From contig JBAYGT010000002.1 of assembly GCA_041666525.1 (NCBI GenBank), positions 139,975 to 203,974 on the forward strand: 64,000 nucleotides of DNA. The letters run 5' to 3'. Below the pieces are notes generated by a model. It did no database searches, was not told the DNA's origin, and saw only the letters and a list, made by a program, of their open reading frames with translations. Both the position numbers and the translations under genes were made by a program. Origin of the DNA: Negativicutes bacterium (lineage in GTDB: Bacteria; Bacillota; Negativicutes; JBAXTZ01). Below, one piece after another: positions 59,979-64,000 of this stretch (its first letter is position 1; every line of letters starts with the position of its first letter).

Positions 59979-60914
59979 TTATTTTGGCAATTTTGCTACA
60001 ACAGCATCAACGTTCCCCATAAGTCTTTGCATTATTTCATCACAAGTCAACTGTTCATTGATCATTCCGGCAATTTGGCCTATCATAACCGAACCATGTT
60101 CTACTTCACCATCAACTACTGCTAACCGCAGCTTTCCGGCACCAAGTTTTTCTAATTCTTCGACCGGCGCATTTTGCCGTTCCATTTCTTCAAATTGGCG
60201 CGTAAACAAATTTTTCAACACCCGGACTGGATGTCCTGTAGAAAAACCGGTTATAACCGTCGAACGGTCTTTAGCTTTTAGTACCATATCTTTATAATTC
60301 TGATGCGCATTACATTCTTTGGCAACAACAAACAATGATCCGATTTGGACCCCTTGTGCTCCTAAAGCAAACGCTGCAACTACACCACGTGAATCAGCAA
60401 TACCACCAGCAGCAATTACGGGAATATTTACTGCGTCAACAACTTGCGGCAACAATGCCATTGTTGTCAAATCTCCGACGTGTCCTCCGCCTTCGAGTCC
60501 CTCAGCAATAATACCATCTACACCCATGCGCTCCATTTTTTTAGCCAAAGCCACCGAAGCAACTACCGGGAAAATTTGCGCGCCAATTTCTTTCAAACGC
60601 TTGATATATTTCCCGGGATTGCCGGCGCCGGTAGTAACTACCGGAATTCGCTCAGCAATTATAATATCCATAATTTCTTCAACAAACGGCGACATCAGCA
60701 TTACATTAACACCGAACGGTTTATCGGTTAAAGTCTTAGCTTTGCGAATTTCTTTCAAAAATGGTTCTCCCGGCATCTGACCGGCACCGATCAAACCCAA
60801 ACCACCCGCATTAGATACCGCGGCCGCCAAATCAGCATCAGCGACCCACGCCATACCACCCTGAATAACCGGATATTTGATATTCAGCATTTCACAAATT
60901 TTATATTTGCTCAC
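59979..60914 (-). CDS. fabK: Enoyl-[acyl-carrier-protein] reductase II (FMN, NMO family)
   Basis: 311 aa with the nitronate-monooxygenase-like TIM barrel (VIQGGMAWV..., GGIADSRG). fabH-fabK adjacency. Confidence 0.8.
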   Translation of the reverse strand: MSKYKICEMLNIKYPVIQGGMAWVADADLAAAVSNAGGLGLIGAGQMPGEPFLKEIRKAKTLTDKPFGVNVMLMSPFVEEIMDIIIAERIPVVTTGAGNPGKYIKRLKEIGAQIFPVVASVALAKKMERMGVDGIIAEGLEGGGHVGDLTTMALLPQVVDAVNIPVIAAGGIADSRGVVAAFALGAQGVQIGSLFVVAKECNAHQNYKDMVLKAKDRSTVITGFSTGHPVRVLKNLFTRQFEEMERQNAPVEELEKLGAGKLRLAVVDGEVEHGSVMIGQIAGMINEQLTCDEIMQRLMGNVDAVVAKLPK

Positions 60915-61915
60915 TATTTAACAATTCCTCCCCATCTTAAAACGCAAGATGCCCATGTTAAACCAGCGCCAAATCCTACCAAAACGGAATGTTCATCATC
61001 AATCAATTTTCCAGCGATTTTTGCTTCACAAAGTGCCATAGGAATAGACGCAGATGAAGTGTTACCGTAATTTTGGATGTTGACAACAACGCGATCCATC
61101 GGTAATTTTAAACGTTTAGCTGCGGCCTGGATTATCCGAATATTTGCCTGATGCGGAATTAATAAACTAACATCATCAACGGTAATTCCTGATTTTTCCA
61201 CCGCTTTTATTGCAGTCGCTCCCATGATTTTTACTGCAAATTTATACACTTCATTGCCGTTCATTTGAATAAAATGTTTATGAGCAGCAACAGTTTCTGC
61301 TGTTGCTGGCATCCGCGTACCACCAGCTTCTACCTTAAGCAATTCACCGCCACTACCGTCTGCTCCGAGATCAAATCCCAATAAACCATAACCATCAGCC
61401 ACTTTAGATACCACTGCCGCACCGGCGCCATCACCAAAAAGCACGCAGGTGTTTCGATCGGTCCAATCAGTGATTTTCGTAAGCGTCTCTGCACCGATAA
61501 CCAGAATATTCTTATATGTACCGTTCTGCACAAACTGGCTGGCGGTTATAAGCGCGTACACAAATCCCGAACAGCCAGCGGCAAGATCAAACGCCGCTGC
61601 ATTTTTAGCGCCGATACGATTTTGAACGAGACAGGCTACCGACGGAAAAAACATATCCGGCGACGCAGTTGCAACGATAATTAAATTAATGTCTTCTACT
61701 GCAACATTTGCATCTTTTAGAGCCGCCTCAGCAGCACGAACTGCTAAATCCGAGGTTGTGACATCAGCCTCAACAACATGACGTTGCTTTATTCCGGTAA
61801 CCTCAGTTATCCACGCATCAGACGTATCGACAATTTTTTCAATATCAGCGTTAGTAACAACTTTTTCAGGAACATACATACCTAATCCGATAATTCCTGC
61901 TGAACATATTTCCAT
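60914..61915 (-). CDS. fabH: 3-oxoacyl-[ACP] synthase III
   Basis: AGIIGLGMYVP N-terminus, active-site AAGCSGFVYAL cysteine, C-terminal GFGAGLTWAS. Confidence 0.9.
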   Translation of the reverse strand: MEICSAGIIGLGMYVPEKVVTNADIEKIVDTSDAWITEVTGIKQRHVVEADVTTSDLAVRAAEAALKDANVAVEDINLIIVATASPDMFFPSVACLVQNRIGAKNAAAFDLAAGCSGFVYALITASQFVQNGTYKNILVIGAETLTKITDWTDRNTCVLFGDGAGAAVVSKVADGYGLLGFDLGADGSGGELLKVEAGGTRMPATAETVAAHKHFIQMNGNEVYKFAVKIMGATAIKAVEKSGITVDDVSLLIPHQANIRIIQAAAKRLKLPMDRVVVNIQNYGNTSSASIPMALCEAKIAGKLIDDEHSVLVGFGAGLTWASCVLRWGGIVK

Positions 61916-62052
61916 GACTATTATCTCCAAACTTCAATAAATGTATTATCACTATATGCACTTCTGACAGCAACTCGTTTATTATAGTACTTTACACAAA
62001 ATATTACAATCTTTTACGATTTTGGCGGCACAATGCCATTGTTTATCTGCCT

Positions 62053-64000
62053 CTAATTTTTATAAGTACATTTAGGAAACTTATTGCAACCAATAAATTT
62101 TCCATATTTGCTAGTACGCTCAACCAAGTTACCCTCGTCACAAACCGGACATTTTTTATTCAACTCGACCGCTAAGGTGTTCGGAACAGTGTCTAATATT
62201 GGCATTCCGTCTTTATCTTTATAACTCCTCCCACAGGCCATACATTTCCAAAAAGCACCATATTTCCCTTCAAACCGTTTGATTACCCGTTCGCAAACTA
62301 AACACAAATTCGCCCCAGCAATATTCTGCATGTCAAAACTCAATTTCGAAAAAATTCCAATGTTATTTAGTTGCTCGTAAAGTTTATCCCAGAACTTTTT
62401 AGCGGCGCTTGAAAACTCGTGCGCCACACATTCAGTTACAATATCATCGAGAAACATTTCATAGACTGCCGTCGTCAGCGGATTGGCTAAAAAACCCAAT
62501 TCTTGACTGGTCTCCTGTTGTGCAGTGAAGGAGCCAATCAACGTTGCTCCCAATTCAGTACCAATAAGGTATTTCTTTTGTTTATCAATAAACTTTTTAC
62601 GATACAGATTTTCAATAATCCCGGCGCGAGTAGCTTCAGTACCCAATCCGGATGACTCTTTAAGAATTGCCCGATATTCTTTTATCAAGCGCTCTGAAGT
62701 CTCTGCATCGTAATTCATTTGCTTGACTAACTCCGGAACCCGGCTATGAATATTGGTCATCGCTTTGATAAGCGTACCTTCAGTATAATGTTTGGGTTTT
62801 GTAGCTTTTTTTGAAAATAATTTAGTGTCAACACATAGCACCGGTTGATCATTTGCTAATACCGGTAAAATCATTTCCGCATCATTTTCTTCAGCTACGT
62901 TATCTTCGTCTTTCTTGGTTGAAGTAACGGCAGTCGCCACAAAAACACTTTTCCAGCCCAAATTAACAATTGTTTTGCCTATAGCCCTAAACTGGTACTG
63001 TTCAACATCCACCAATATTTCCACCTCATCGTAGAGCATTTCCGGATAGAACTGTGCCAGATATTGTACTGAAATTAAATGAAAAACATTTTTGATGTCG
63101 GGATATTTTTTTGTCAATTCTTCTAGTGCGGTAAGATTGGCACCGGTCGGAACAATTGCATGGTGCGCGAATATTTTTTCATCATTCCAAACCGCCGACC
63201 TAATCGAAGCATCTGGCATCAGCGTTTTATAACGTGACAATCGCAAAAGATTTTTCAATACATTCGGTGCATCTTCAAATTGTGATACCGGCATATATTG
63301 ACAATCAGTCCGCGGATAAGATGCCAGTTTGTTCTCATAGAGCGTTTGTGCCAAGTCCAATACCTGTTGCGCTGTCAAACCAAATTTCTTATTGGCTTCG
63401 ATTTGCAAATCAGACAGATTAAATAGCAGCGGCTGCCGTTGCGATTTTCGGGTATTGCTATAACTTGCTATTTTGCCGGTTTTATTGATAATTTTAGCAA
63501 CAATTTCCAATAACGGTTGTTTATCCAACAACTTGTTTTCATCGTCCAGTAAAGGTTTAATCGCATCGGGTAAAACAAGTTTTGTGTCAAATTTATTATC
63601 ACTGTCATCACGAAAAGTAGCCTGCAACTCATAAAACGTCTTGTCTTTAAAGTTTGCTATTTCTTTATCACGATCAATAATCAATTTTAGTGTCGGCGTC
63701 TGAACCCGGCCAATGGATATTGAAGTATGATAACCATAAGAATCAAACATCCGCTTAAACGCCCGTGAATAATTCATGCCAATCAGCCAGTCTGATTGTT
63801 GTCTGACCTCGGCGGCGGCTTTGTAGCCAACATATTCAGCATTGGGTTTCAATGTTGCAAAAGCCCGTTTAATCGACAAGTCATCAATCGCAGCCAGCCA
63901 CAGGCGGCCAACCGGTTTATCGCTCTGTAAATAATCCAACACTTCGTCAACAAGCAATTGACCTTCACGATCTGGGTCACCGGCATGAATAACTTCGCTG
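62053..64000 (-). CDS. topB: DNA topoisomerase III, C-terminal ~650 aa (5' end outside window)
   Basis: Frame stays open to the window edge (…AEVIHAGDPDREGQLLVDEVLDYL…). Type IA topoisomerase domains. C-terminal Cys4 zinc ribbons. Confidence 0.8.
   Translation of the reverse strand, partial: SEVIHAGDPDREGQLLVDEVLDYLQSDKPVGRLWLAAIDDLSIKRAFATLKPNAEYVGYKAAAEVRQQSDWLIGMNYSRAFKRMFDSYGYHTSISIGRVQTPTLKLIIDRDKEIANFKDKTFYELQATFRDDSDNKFDTKLVLPDAIKPLLDDENKLLDKQPLLEIVAKIINKTGKIASYSNTRKSQRQPLLFNLSDLQIEANKKFGLTAQQVLDLAQTLYENKLASYPRTDCQYMPVSQFEDAPNVLKNLLRLSRYKTLMPDASIRSAVWNDEKIFAHHAIVPTGANLTALEELTKKYPDIKNVFHLISVQYLAQFYPEMLYDEVEILVDVEQYQFRAIGKTIVNLGWKSVFVATAVTSTKKDEDNVAEENDAEMILPVLANDQPVLCVDTKLFSKKATKPKHYTEGTLIKAMTNIHSRVPELVKQMNYDAETSERLIKEYRAILKESSGLGTEATRAGIIENLYRKKFIDKQKKYLIGTELGATLIGSFTAQQETSQELGFLANPLTTAVYEMFLDDIVTECVAHEFSSAAKKFWDKLYEQLNNIGIFSKLSFDMQNIAGANLCLVCERVIKRFEGKYGAFWKCMACGRSYKDKDGMPILDTVPNTLAVELNKKCPVCDEGNLVERTSKYGKFIGCNKFPKCTYKN

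Noticed and set aside
1-64000. CRISPR arrays, IS elements or defence islands
   Set aside because: I found no regularly spaced direct repeats, no transposase, Cas, restriction-methylase or toxin-like ORFs. Intergenic spaces are short and explained by terminators and promoters. This was scanned by eye only.

Overview
This 64-kb window reads as a core chromosomal region of a low-GC Firmicutes-type anaerobe. Gene order matches Bacillus/Clostridium syntenies: lon-engB; ylxM-ffh-rpsP-KH-ylqD-rimM-trmD; dprA-topA-trmFO-xerC-hslVU; rpsB-tsf-pyrH-frr; mutS-mutL-miaA; mltG-U32; fabK-fabH. The RNase P RNA is type A (E. coli-like). Nearly everything is tightly packed, translationally coupled housekeeping genes. 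I found no CRISPR array, no IS/transposase, no phage block, no restriction or toxin-antitoxin signatures, and no tRNA or rRNA genes. Two metabolic islands stand out. (1) A C1/folate operon, folD-fhs-metF, fused by overlapping stop and start codons to an NfnAB/SudAB-like two-subunit NAD(P)H:ferredoxin oxidoreductase, with a Ptb-family phosphotransacylase just upstream. (2) A complete minus-strand gene set for oxidative (Stickland-type) L-ornithine degradation: orr, ord, ortA, ortB, oraS, oraE, followed by a truncated pyrophosphatase-like ORF and an EutA/GlmL-family B12-enzyme reactivase. Smaller points: a 53-aa 2x[4Fe-4S] ferredoxin gene that is not in the ORF track; a rnpB gene; tandem DedA/TVP38 membrane paralogs with a His-rich tail; rplS missing from its usual trmD and lepB neighbourhoods; and several rho-independent terminators, including one inside the ornithine operon. 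All calls come from reading the translations and the DNA by eye. No database search was run, and start codons are best guesses based on RBS position.
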